From the NCBI GenBank assembly GCA_041695225.1, contig JBGFRI010000014.1, positions 154,186 to 218,185 on the forward strand: DNA of 64,000 bases, read 5' to 3'. Shown piece after piece: positions 11,075 through 21,207 of the stretch (position 1 is its first letter; every line of letters begins with the position of its first letter). The position numbers and the translations under genes are program-made. This stretch comes from Deinococcota bacterium. Lineage in GTDB: Bacteria; Deinococcota; Deinococci; Deinococcales; Thermaceae. The notes below the pieces were generated by a model. The model saw only the letters and a list, made by a program, of their open reading frames with translations, had not been told where the DNA came from and made no database searches.

Positions 11075-11128
11075 GTAGTACTGGCGGCCCCCGCTTGCCA
11101 CCACCGGGCGACAGCGTATAATTTAGCT

Positions 11129-11335
11129 ATGGCCAAGCCGCTTTACTACATCAAAGACTCCGACGGCAACGAGGTCGGGGTGGTGCTGAGCCCCGCCGAC
11201 TACCAGGTGCTCATCGAGACCGGCGGCAAGTTCTTGTGGCCCACAACGCCCGGCGGCAAACCGCAAGGCTCAGACCCGCCGGCCCGTATCGAGGGGCGCA
11301 GCCTGTCCGAGATAGTCATCGAAGATCGGCGATGA
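11129..11335 (+). CDS. putative antitoxin
   Basis: YIKDSDGNEVGVVLSPADYQ...GRSLSEIVIEDRR; TTGCCA-16-TATAAT-N6-ATG. Confidence 0.8.
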   Translation: MAKPLYYIKDSDGNEVGVVLSPADYQVLIETGGKFLWPTTPGGKPQGSDPPARIEGRSLSEIVIEDRR

Positions 11336-11757
11336 CGCTCTACCTCGATACCAGCGCGCTGGTCAAACTGTATGTCGAGGAAGAGGGGCGGGAAACGGTC
11401 CAGAACGCCTTGGCGCAGGCCCAAAGAGCCGCCATCGCAACTATCGGCTATGCTGAGTGCCGCGCAGCATTGGCTCGCAAGCTAAGAGAGAACGGCCTCG
11501 GTGTTGCGGAATATCGGCGCACGGTGAGGGATCTGGATCGAGATTGGCAGGAGCTCTTGCGCGTCATGGTGGATGACGATCTCAGCCGCGAGGCAGGGCT
11601 TCTGGCCGAGCGCTTATCCTTGCGGGGTTTCGATGCGATACATCTTGCCAGCGCCATTCGCTTACAGCAACGCCTGGGTGATGTCTACTTGCTGGCTTTC
11701 GATCAGAAGCTTATGCAAGCTGCTCCGCAGCACGTGCCGCTTTATACGCCCGGGTAG
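11332..11757 (+). CDS. vapC: VapC/PIN-domain toxin
   Basis: LYLDTSALVKLYVEEEG...LRGFDAIHLASA...AFDQKL. Confidence 0.92.
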   Translation: MTLYLDTSALVKLYVEEEGRETVQNALAQAQRAAIATIGYAECRAALARKLRENGLGVAEYRRTVRDLDRDWQELLRVMVDDDLSREAGLLAERLSLRGFDAIHLASAIRLQQRLGDVYLLAFDQKLMQAAPQHVPLYTPG

Positions 11758-11758
11758 C

Positions 11759-11950
11759 AAATCCCCCGGCCTGCGGCCACCCACACCCTCCCCCTGGATA
11801 TGGGGGAGGGCCGGGGTGGGAGTAAAGGGGGCTGGGGGGATTGAGGGAGTTGGGGGGATTGAGCGCTGCGCCGGCCTACTGCCCTCCCACCTGCTAAGGC
11901 CAATCCTCCCGGCCTGCGGCCACCCCCCTTGTTAAGGGACTTGGGGGATT
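11759..11950. repeat. family A repeat cluster
   Basis: Multiple AATCCCCCGGCCTGCGGCCACCC and GGGGGATT modules. Confidence 0.88.
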
Positions 11951-11972
11951 GAGAGCTAGAAGTCTGAGAACC

Positions 11973-12218
11973 TCACGGCGTGGTGTTCAGCAAATCAAGC
12001 TCCGCAGTCTTGCCGGTGGCCTGGTTAAGGAGCCGGACTCTGCCCATCCCCTGGGTGAGCTGCTCGTTGGCATTCAAGAACTCGATGCCGTAGACGGTGC
12101 CATCGGGTGCAAGGTCGATAAAAAGCGCCTCACCAAGCTTGAACGTTTCGACCTGCTCGACCTTTTCCTTCAAGCTCAGATAGGCGATGTTATAGCGCGG
12201 ATCGTAGGATAGTTTCAT
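11973..12218 (-). CDS. DUF2283 family protein (putative antitoxin)
   Basis: MKLSYDPRYNIAYLSL...IDLAPDGTVYGIEFLNA. Confidence 0.88.
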   Translation of the reverse strand: MKLSYDPRYNIAYLSLKEKVEQVETFKLGEALFIDLAPDGTVYGIEFLNANEQLTQGMGRVRLLNQATGKTAELDLLNTTP

Positions 12219-12233
12219 CGTTACCTCCCACCG

Positions 12234-12485
12234 TCAGAAATAGCGGGTAATCACGGTAATCACCAGCCAGTCATTCCCCTCGTTGACAGCGTACACCTCG
12301 AGCTGCTTGATGCCAAAATGTCTGCCTCGCCACTCGGCCTCGAATGGAAAGTTGCGGCGAAAGCCAGTGCGGCCAAACTTGGCTGGGAACTGTTCACCCT
12401 TGTCAATCGTTGCCATCACCTCGTCTTCAGTGGCGCCACGCTCGAGCAGCCGTTGCCTGGCGTGAGAGTGGAAACGGACAGGCAC
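12234..12485 (-). CDS. DUF4258 family protein (putative RelE-fold toxin)
   Basis: VRFHSHARQRLLERGATEDEV...WLVITVITRYF; TATAAT-N5-GTG. Confidence 0.82.
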   Translation of the reverse strand: MPVRFHSHARQRLLERGATEDEVMATIDKGEQFPAKFGRTGFRRNFPFEAEWRGRHFGIKQLEVYAVNEGNDWLVITVITRYF

Positions 12486-12614
12486 GCCTCATTATACGCC
12501 GGTCCACCGCGCGCTACGCTAGCCCTCACCCAACTTCTCCCACCTGGATGGGGCGCGGCGCCCCCAGGTTTCCGTCGCGGAACCTGCGCTGAGGGACGAA
12601 GCACTGGCCACGAC

Positions 12615-12729
12615 AATCCCCCGGCCCGTGGCCACTCCCCTTAGTAATCCCCCCGGCCTGCGGCCACCCCCCTTGTCGAAGGGGGGCAAATTCTGTTTCC
12701 CCCCTTAATAAGGGGGGTTGGGGGGATTT
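12615..12729. repeat. family A repeat cluster
   Basis: AATCCCCCCGGCCTGCGGCCACCCCCCTTGTCGAAGGGGGG..CCCCCCTTAATAAGGGGGGTTGGGGGGATT. Confidence 0.9.
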
Positions 12730-12758
12730 GGACATCAGCAGCGTACTACACTTACAGA

Positions 12759-12835
12759 ATGAGCGGCTGGACTTCGAGCCCGGCAGTAGAACGCGACACG
12801 CAAAGGGTCAGCGGAAGGTGTGTTGAGGAACGAAG
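12759..12835 (+). pseudogene. 5' remnant of the DUF433 gene at 9115
   Basis: MSGWTSSPAVERDTQRVSG versus MIDWSSCPAVEHHPQRLSG; similar upstream promoter sequence; cut off by repeat. Confidence 0.6.
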
Positions 12836-12848
12836 CCCTTGCCACGAA

Positions 12849-13062
12849 AATCCCCCCGGCGCGCCGCGCCACCCCCCTTGTCGAAGGGGGGCAAATTCTG
12901 TTTCCCCCCTTAATAAGGGGCCAACATTCTGTTTCCCCCCTTAATAAGGGGGGTTGGGGGGATTGTGCGCTGCCCCGGCCTACAGCCCTCCCATCTGCGG
13001 AGGGGCGATCCCCCCGGCCTACGGCCACCCCCCTTGTCGAAGGGGGGAATCCCCCGGGCCTA
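12849..13062. repeat. family A repeat cluster abutting pilin stop codon
   Basis: Three to four family A modules; last module AATCCCCCGGGCCTA overlaps pilin TAG. Confidence 0.9.
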
Positions 13063-13461
13063 CTGCCTGACGCCGTTGACAAACGTGCTGCCACGCACGG
13101 TGGTAATCGCCACCGCCAGGCTCTCGTCAACCGTGCTGACGGTGCAGCCAGTCACCGAGCCAGGCGCTGCCGACCAGCCGTAAGGGCGCGTGTCGCTGCC
13201 AATCACCACGCTGACCGTGGCAGCGGCCCCGGCCCCACAGTTAAAGGTGCCGCCCGCTACGTCCGCCGCAGTTACCTCGGTATCCGAGGACAGCACCGCC
13301 ATTAGCGCCGTAAAAACCACCATGCTGTAAACCTGCGCGGCGCGCTCCTGGGCCTGGCTGCGGGCGTTGAGCAGGTTGGGGATGAGCACGGCCGCCAGAA
13401 TGCCGATGATGGAGATGACGATGAGTATCTCGATAAGGGTAAAGCCGCCGGACTTGCTCAT
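13060..13461 (-). CDS. type IV pilin (second, divergent)
   Basis: Class III signal MSKSGG|FTLIEILIVISIIGILAAVLIPNLL; two Cys. Confidence 0.9.
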   Translation of the reverse strand: MSKSGGFTLIEILIVISIIGILAAVLIPNLLNARSQAQERAAQVYSMVVFTALMAVLSSDTEVTAADVAGGTFNCGAGAAATVSVVIGSDTRPYGWSAAPGSVTGCTVSTVDESLAVAITTVRGSTFVNGVRQ

Positions 13462-13509
13462 GCGGCACTCCTATTTATCCAAGGCAAGATGCATCTGATG
13501 ATTGAACAG

Positions 13510-13535
13510 GCGCCCAAGACCGGGGCCTTGGGCGC
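13510..13535 (-). terminator. hairpin between the two pilin genes
   Basis: GCGCCCAAG-N8-CTTGGGCGC. Confidence 0.6.
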
Positions 13536-13569
13536 ACTGCTTTTCCGTAAGCATCGGGTGTTATGGTGA

Positions 13570-13941
13570 CTACTGCTGCTCACCGTTTATAAATGTGCGA
13601 CGCGCAGTTGCCACAGTCACAGTAAAGTCACTGACACCGGCCGCAGCAATGGTGCAAGTAGTAACGCCACCGGGTGCCGCGTTCCAGCCGAAGTTACCAG
13701 CGGTTCCACCGTCACTGCAGTCGCCTGTTATACCGCCTACAACATCGGAAGCATCGTCGGCAGGGCGCTCAGCCAGGTCGGCGTGGAGGGCCTTGTACAC
13801 ATTGGAGCTGTGTGCTTGCGCGGCACGATCAATTGCCGAGTTGCGCGCACCGAGCAGGTTGGGGATCAGTACCGCCGCCAGGATGCCGATGATCGCGATT
13901 ACGATCAGCAGCTCAATCAGGGTAAAGCCTTGCTTCTTCAT
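13570..13941 (-). CDS. pilA: type IV major pilin, Thermus PilA4-like
   Basis: MKKQG|FTLIELLIVIAIIGILAAVLIPNLLGARNSA..RAAQAHSSNVYKA; two Cys; AGGAG RBS. Confidence 0.88.
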   Translation of the reverse strand: MKKQGFTLIELLIVIAIIGILAAVLIPNLLGARNSAIDRAAQAHSSNVYKALHADLAERPADDASDVVGGITGDCSDGGTAGNFGWNAAPGGVTTCTIAAAGVSDFTVTVATARRTFINGEQQ

Positions 13942-14254
13942 GGGTGTTCTCCTGTGGTTCCGCACCGTTTGGGTATGAGTATGGGTGCGGCATTGCTTAG
14001 TGCAACTAGAGGGCTTTGGGTCGCGCGGGAGCGGGCCTATTCCCGGACTCCAGGGCTCAGTATAGTGCCCGGTCTGGTGGGGCTCTGTGGAATTTGACCC
14101 AACCAGAGCCCTGTTGCGTTACGCGCAGGCGTTACCCGCCCTTGCCCGGCGGCCCCCGCAAGCACCCACCCCGAGGCTTGCCCTGGGGCTTGCGTCTTGA
14201 AGGGCCGCCGTTCCAAGCGTTGTCGGATGGGCCGTCACCGCACACGGTGCGTTG

Positions 14255-14510
14255 GCTGGCGCACTGCTAAATCCCCCCTACCCCCCTTATTAAGGGGGGA
14301 AACAGAATTTTGCCCCCCTTCGACAAAGGGGGTGGCCGCAGGCCGGGGGGATTTACCATGCGAGCAGCTGGTCTGCTTGGCATACTGGGTTCATTGCGAG
14401 GAGGCCGCAGGCCGACGAAGCAATCCAGGAGAGGGTCGCAAGCCCGCCTGCCGCTGGGTGACCTGGATGGCTTTTCCCTCGTCTGGGCCTCAGAATCGCA
14501 GCGACGAAAA
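14255..14510. repeat. composite family A (reverse orientation) + family B repeat
   Basis: Shares a long composite with 15294-15566. Confidence 0.85.
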
Positions 14511-14624
14511 ATCCTTCTGTCAACACCTGGAGGCCAGAATGGGGGGGTGAGGTTTGCGAGGTTGCTTGCTCGCGCTAGCGCGCTCCTGGCCACGATACGC
14601 TGGTATTTGTGGGCGCTTTGGGAA

Positions 14625-15026
14625 CTATGGCAAAAGCGCAAAGCCAAGCTCTCGCTGCACAACCTGGAAATCGCGCCTATCCAGACTGACGATACGCTGA
14701 GTTGTGCGCACGGCGCAGCAGACCACCGCCGCATCAGAATACCCGAGCGGTAAATTTGCGTAACGCTCGGCAAGCCGCTTGATATCGGTCAAATCTTGTG
14801 TGCCACAGTCCAGGCTGAAATTTTCTCTGATGAGATCGTCGAAAAACAGCGCAAAGACCTGGTGTCCTAGCCGAAGTTCGATCAGATAACAGATCTCCGA
14901 GAGGATGCCGACAGGTATGATCAACTGCCCCGGTTCGGTAACCAGAATTTCTTTAACCGGCTCATGATTGGGATCCGAGCGGTTCAAAAGCGCCAGCACG
15001 GCGCTGGTGTCTAAAACCACACTCAA
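14625..15026 (-). CDS. vapC: VapC/PIN-domain toxin
   Basis: VVLDTSAVLALLNRSDPNH...LPLGYSDAAVV...SLDRRDF. Confidence 0.92.
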   Translation of the reverse strand: MSVVLDTSAVLALLNRSDPNHEPVKEILVTEPGQLIIPVGILSEICYLIELRLGHQVFALFFDDLIRENFSLDCGTQDLTDIKRLAERYANLPLGYSDAAVVCCAVRTTQRIVSLDRRDFQVVQRELGFALLP

Positions 15027-15241
15027 CGCTTACCCCGCGCCTCTTGCAGAATTTCGCGGGTCTGTCTGGCATCCAGGCTGGGGTCATCGCCGGCGCCTGC
15101 GGAGACGAACTGCCTGTGCGGAGGGGACAGGTAGCGCGTCAACGCCTCTTCGAGCAGCGCTTCGGGTGGTCTGCCCATGCGCTCTGCGGCAGCTTTGAGC
15201 AGGTGCGCCAGTTCGTCACTCAGGTAAAGGGCCTGCGGCAT
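15023..15241 (-). CDS. CopG/RHH-type antitoxin
   Basis: LYLSDELAHLLKAAAERMGRPPEALLEEALTRYL; TATACT-N6-ATG. Confidence 0.85.
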   Translation of the reverse strand: MPQALYLSDELAHLLKAAAERMGRPPEALLEEALTRYLSPPHRQFVSAGAGDDPSLDARQTREILQEARGKR

Positions 15242-15293
15242 ACACGGAGTATAGCGTACTTCAGAGCTCTATCCTGACTTTGGTGTCGGACGC

Positions 15294-15566
15294 GCTGGCG
15301 CACTGCGAAATCCCCCCAACCCCCCTTGTTAAGGGGGGAAACAGAGTTTTGCCCCCCTTAACAAGGGGGGTGGCCGTAGGCCGGGGGGATTTACCATGCG
15401 AGCAACTGCTCTACTTGGCATACTGGGTTCATTCCGAGGAGGCCACCACCCCCCGCCCCCGCCCTCGTCCGGAAAACTCTCGTCATTGCCAGGAGGCCCT
15501 TGGGCCGACGAAGCAATCCAGGAGAGGGTCGCCCAGTCGTTCTGCCGCACGGCCCTCGCGATGACA
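15294..15566. repeat. composite family A (reverse orientation) + family B repeat
   Basis: Direct copy of much of 14255-14440. Confidence 0.85.
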
Positions 15567-15602
15567 CCACAGGCCGACGAGGCATCGTGCTATACTGCAA
15601 CC

Positions 15603-15827
15603 GTGGTTAAGCCTGACCTGGCAGCCTCAATCCAGCGCACCCTGCAGCAGCTCTCGCCCGAAAAGCAAGAAGCGCTCAGAGACTTCGCGGAGTTTCTGCT
15701 CCAGCAAACCCGCGCGGAAAGCAGGCATGAGGCAGCCAGAGAACGCTTTATCGCCAGGTTTATTGACTCCCCCATAAAGCTACCGGAATTCACGCCCCTA
15801 ACCCGCCATGACCTCTACCGCCGATAG
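15603..15827 (+). CDS. DUF2281-like putative antitoxin
   Basis: LQQLSPEKQEALRDFAEFLLQ...FTPLTRHDLYRR; TATACT-N6-GTG. Confidence 0.8.
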   Translation: MVKPDLAASIQRTLQQLSPEKQEALRDFAEFLLQQTRAESRHEAARERFIARFIDSPIKLPEFTPLTRHDLYRR

Positions 15828-16230
15828 CTTTTTTATTGATACCAATATCTGGCTCTACGCCCTTATCGCCACGCAGGATCCATCCAAGCACCAGGTCGCC
15901 GCAACGCTCATCAAGCAGCACGAGTTCATCACCATTAGCGTTCAGGTTGTCAATGAAGTGTGCGTCAATCTGTTGCGCCAGACTGAGCTGGGTGAAGCCT
16001 TCATACGAGATTTGCTAACAACCTGGCGGCAAGCCTACACCATCACCCCGCTATTGTCAGAGCATCTTCTGAGCGCATCGGAGTTGCGCGCCAGTCACCA
16101 TTTTTCCTTTTGGGACAGCCTGATAATCGCCTCGGCGCTTGACGCTGGCTGTCGGGTGCTCTACAGCGAAGACATGAAGGCCGGGCAGACCGTACTTGGA
16201 CAGCTACACATCGTCAATCCCTTTAGTTAG
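15808..16230 (+). CDS. PIN-domain toxin
   Basis: FFIDTNIWLYA...QVVNE...FSFWDSLIIASALDAGCRVLYSEDM. Confidence 0.92.
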   Translation: MTSTADSFFIDTNIWLYALIATQDPSKHQVAATLIKQHEFITISVQVVNEVCVNLLRQTELGEAFIRDLLTTWRQAYTITPLLSEHLLSASELRASHHFSFWDSLIIASALDAGCRVLYSEDMKAGQTVLGQLHIVNPFS

Positions 16231-16356
16231 CAGCCTTGGGAAGGGCGAGTGCGGAGGGGGAGGTTTGCGGGGTTGCCTGGTCGCTCTAGCGCGCTCCAGG
16301 CAACAGTACGCTGGTAAGGGTCACTGGGCCATGTGTCCCTAGCCGGTTGATCTGGA

Positions 16357-17070
16357 TCATCTGAAGACGTGCCAGACCCCAATCAGGAGGTAGACTCCCA
16401 GCCCCATCAACACCAGCCCGCTGATCGGCTGCACATAACCTACCACCTTCCGATGGTATCGCCGGATTAGCTGGTGGGAGTAGGTGAGCAAGAGGGAAAA
16501 GGAGAGCATCATGACCGTCATGCCTCCGGCGTAGGCCACAAAGTTGGCCAGCCCGTTTAGCCAGTAAGTGGTGAAGGCTGCCAGGGTGACCGACAAAAAC
16601 AGCGGCAGGCCGCAGCCCAGAGAGCCGACCGCATAGCTGATGCCATAGATGTAGTAGTAGAAGAAACTGCGGTCGTTTGGCTGGCCCTCACCGCGCAGCC
16701 TGGCAGTTATCTGGTCTACCGGTAAGCCCAGCCTGAAGCCTTTTTTGACCACTATGGCCAGACCCAGGCCGAAGAGCACCAGCGCGACACCGGCGTCAAT
16801 ATATGGGTCGTAGATGCTCAGATAGGCCGAAAGCACCCTGCCTACCAGCATGATCAGCAGCCCCAGTCCAGCGAAGACCGTAAAAAAGCCTGCACTCATG
16901 GCCAGTCCGAGCCTGATCCCCTGCACTCCCCGCTCGAGCCAGGGGGACTCCCTGGTGCTGGCCTGGCCAAAGTAGTGCGCCACAAACGCAGAGAGCAGCG
17001 CATAACTGCAGGGGGTGAAAAATGCCAGCATCCCTACACCAAAGGCCCAGGCAAAGAGCGTTGTATCCAT
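16357..17070 (-). CDS. CcdA/DsbD-family cytochrome c biogenesis membrane protein
   Basis: GMLAFFTPCSYALL and SLGCGLPLF redox cysteines, about six TM segments. Confidence 0.82.
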   Translation of the reverse strand: MDTTLFAWAFGVGMLAFFTPCSYALLSAFVAHYFGQASTRESPWLERGVQGIRLGLAMSAGFFTVFAGLGLLIMLVGRVLSAYLSIYDPYIDAGVALVLFGLGLAIVVKKGFRLGLPVDQITARLRGEGQPNDRSFFYYYIYGISYAVGSLGCGLPLFLSVTLAAFTTYWLNGLANFVAYAGGMTVMMLSFSLLLTYSHQLIRRYHRKVVGYVQPISGLVLMGLGVYLLIGVWHVFR

Positions 17071-17072
17071 AC

Positions 17073-17642
17073 TCAGCCCTTTCCTAGCTCCTGGTGTAGC
17101 TGCTCCCTGAAGCGTGGGTTGTCGAGCGAACGAATGCCCCTGAAGACAATCTCGCCCCGAGAGTTTATAAGTACTATGCTACCTCGAGCCTGTACGCGAT
17201 AGAGCTGGATCACCGGGCTGGGTCGGGCGTCCAGCGCATAGCGGAAGTCCGGGTGGCCGTAAAGGCGCCGGTGCTCGCGCAGGTCCTGGTTGGAGTCGGC
17301 AAACTGGTCAAAACTGATCCAGACCACCTGAAACCGGTCGCGGTACTGCTCGTAGAGCTGTGCGAGCTGTCGGGTATCGGCGCGGCAGGGCAGGCACCAG
17401 GAGGCCGAGAAATAGAGTAAAACCGGCTTTCCACGCAGGGCATCTAGCTCTAGCCTGTTACCATCAATATCGCTGAGCACAAAATTTGGCGCAGGCTGGC
17501 CGGTTGTTTCTGGCGACGTGCGGGGGTTCCCCAGCAGTAATAGAGCTATCCCGCCCGCCACCAAGAGAGCCACAGCAGCCAGAAGCGGCCCTCTGGGAGA
17601 GTTTTGCGGCACCCTGGCTTTGCCCTCAGTTGGCCCATTCAT
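17073..17642 (-). CDS. TlpA/ResA family thioredoxin-like protein
   Basis: N-terminal TM, APNFVL, FSASWCLPC. Confidence 0.88.
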   Translation of the reverse strand: MNGPTEGKARVPQNSPRGPLLAAVALLVAGGIALLLLGNPRTSPETTGQPAPNFVLSDIDGNRLELDALRGKPVLLYFSASWCLPCRADTRQLAQLYEQYRDRFQVVWISFDQFADSNQDLREHRRLYGHPDFRYALDARPSPVIQLYRVQARGSIVLINSRGEIVFRGIRSLDNPRFREQLHQELGKG

Positions 17643-17737
17643 CGTGATTAATCCTTTCCATGGTCGCCTTGGGTATGGGTCTCCTGAACTATATTGCAAA
17701 CGAAGCTATAGCCGGGCCCAGTTGACCATCTCTGCCG

Positions 17738-20266
<2,529 letters not shown>

Positions 20267-20327
20267 AATTTGCACCCAATGGCCATTGCTTTTTGCCTCT
20301 TAGCTTTTGGCTATTAGCTATCAGCTA

Positions 20328-20615
20328 TCAGCGATACTTCAAGACCTCCATCAGCTCGTCCACCATCTGCTTGGTGTCGCCGCGCACCGCAGCGCTGGCC
20401 ACGTGGTGCTCGAGGTGGCTCTTGAGCACCATATCCCCCACCTTGTCCAGGGCCCCTTGCACGGCCTTGATCTGTTTTAGCACGTCCACGCAGTAAGGCT
20501 CGCCCTCGAGCATCTTGAGGATGGACTCGAGGTGCCCCTTGGCCGAGAGCAGGCGGTTGCGGGCGTCCTGCCGCACTCTGGGGTCGAGGTGCAGGCCATG
20601 CTCGCACTTCATCAT
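20328..20615 (-). CDS. csoR: copper-sensing repressor CsoR
   Basis: RLLSAKGHLESI..PYCVDVLKQIKAVQGAL..HLEHHV. Confidence 0.92.
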   Translation of the reverse strand: MMKCEHGLHLDPRVRQDARNRLLSAKGHLESILKMLEGEPYCVDVLKQIKAVQGALDKVGDMVLKSHLEHHVASAAVRGDTKQMVDELMEVLKYR

Positions 20616-20851
20616 GCAGCACCTGGGCGTAGATCTGACGGGCCTCCCGATAGAGAGTCTGGCCTGGCGGTGTAACCCTCCTCCTGCACTGCCGCAATTA
20701 GTTTTTCCACAGCTACACTCCCGATCACCCTGGCCCGGCCTTCCTGCAGCGAGACCTCGACTTTCTCAACGCCCCCAACCTTCTGGAGGGCTTCGGTAAC
20801 GTGCCGGACGCAGTTGTTGCAGCTCATCCCTTCAATCTTTAGTATGGTCAT
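20612..20851 (-). CDS. copZ: copper chaperone CopZ
   Basis: IEGMSCNNCV HMA motif, EEGY. Confidence 0.9.
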   Translation of the reverse strand: MTILKIEGMSCNNCVRHVTEALQKVGGVEKVEVSLQEGRARVIGSVAVEKLIAAVQEEGYTARPDSLSGGPSDLRPGAA

Positions 20852-20874
20852 ACACCTCTCCTCGGCTATACTAT

Positions 20875-20896
20875 ACCCACCCCCCCTGGGGTGGGT
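20875..20896. promoter_or_regulatory. probable CsoR operator
   Basis: ACCCACCCC-ccct-GGGGTGGGT G/C-tract palindrome next to the -10 of copZ. Confidence 0.75.
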
Positions 20897-21052
20897 GAGG
20901 GAGATAAGTCACATTTATTCAAAAACCGGCGATTGAGCGGCTCTTCGACAAACAGTGTGGGCTCTTTCCCGCTGTCTATCAATGCCGCGGCAAGGTCGTC
21001 TATGCCGTCCCCCATATTCCATGGTGAAGGTTCCAGAGGGCGTTCGGAAAAA

Positions 21053-21207
21053 CTCCTCTCCCCTTAGGTTACGGCTTTGCCGGAATCGCGTAAGCGACTC
21101 GCCTCGGTGGGAGAGGCTGGGTGAGGGGGTGTGAGCGCAGCGAACCACGGCGTCTGGGGCGTCATTCAACCCTCACCCCAGCCCTCTCCCAAGCTTAGGA
21201 GAGGGAG
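21053..21207. repeat. family C palindromic repeat carrying a 39-bp insert
   Basis: CTCCTCTCCC..GGGAGAGGCTGGGTGAGGG and CCCTCACCCCAGCCCTCTCCC..GGAGAGGGAG. Confidence 0.75.

Noticed and set aside
12526..13305. ORFs across family A repeats (e.g. 12735-13130, 12820-13305) and extended N-termini of ORFs 8965, 9753, 11036, 15396
   Set aside because: Pro/Gly-rich translations of GC palindromes; true starts are marked by leaderless -10 boxes downstream.
9009..15566. CRISPR array
   Set aside because: Repeats are long, variable, in both orientations and separated by whole genes, not by uniform 30-40 bp spacers; no cas genes are present.
7300..16320. Classical integron
   Set aside because: No intI; I could not identify RYYYAAC..GTTRRRY attC sites at cassette ends; orientation is mixed. 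IntegronFinder would be needed to exclude it formally.
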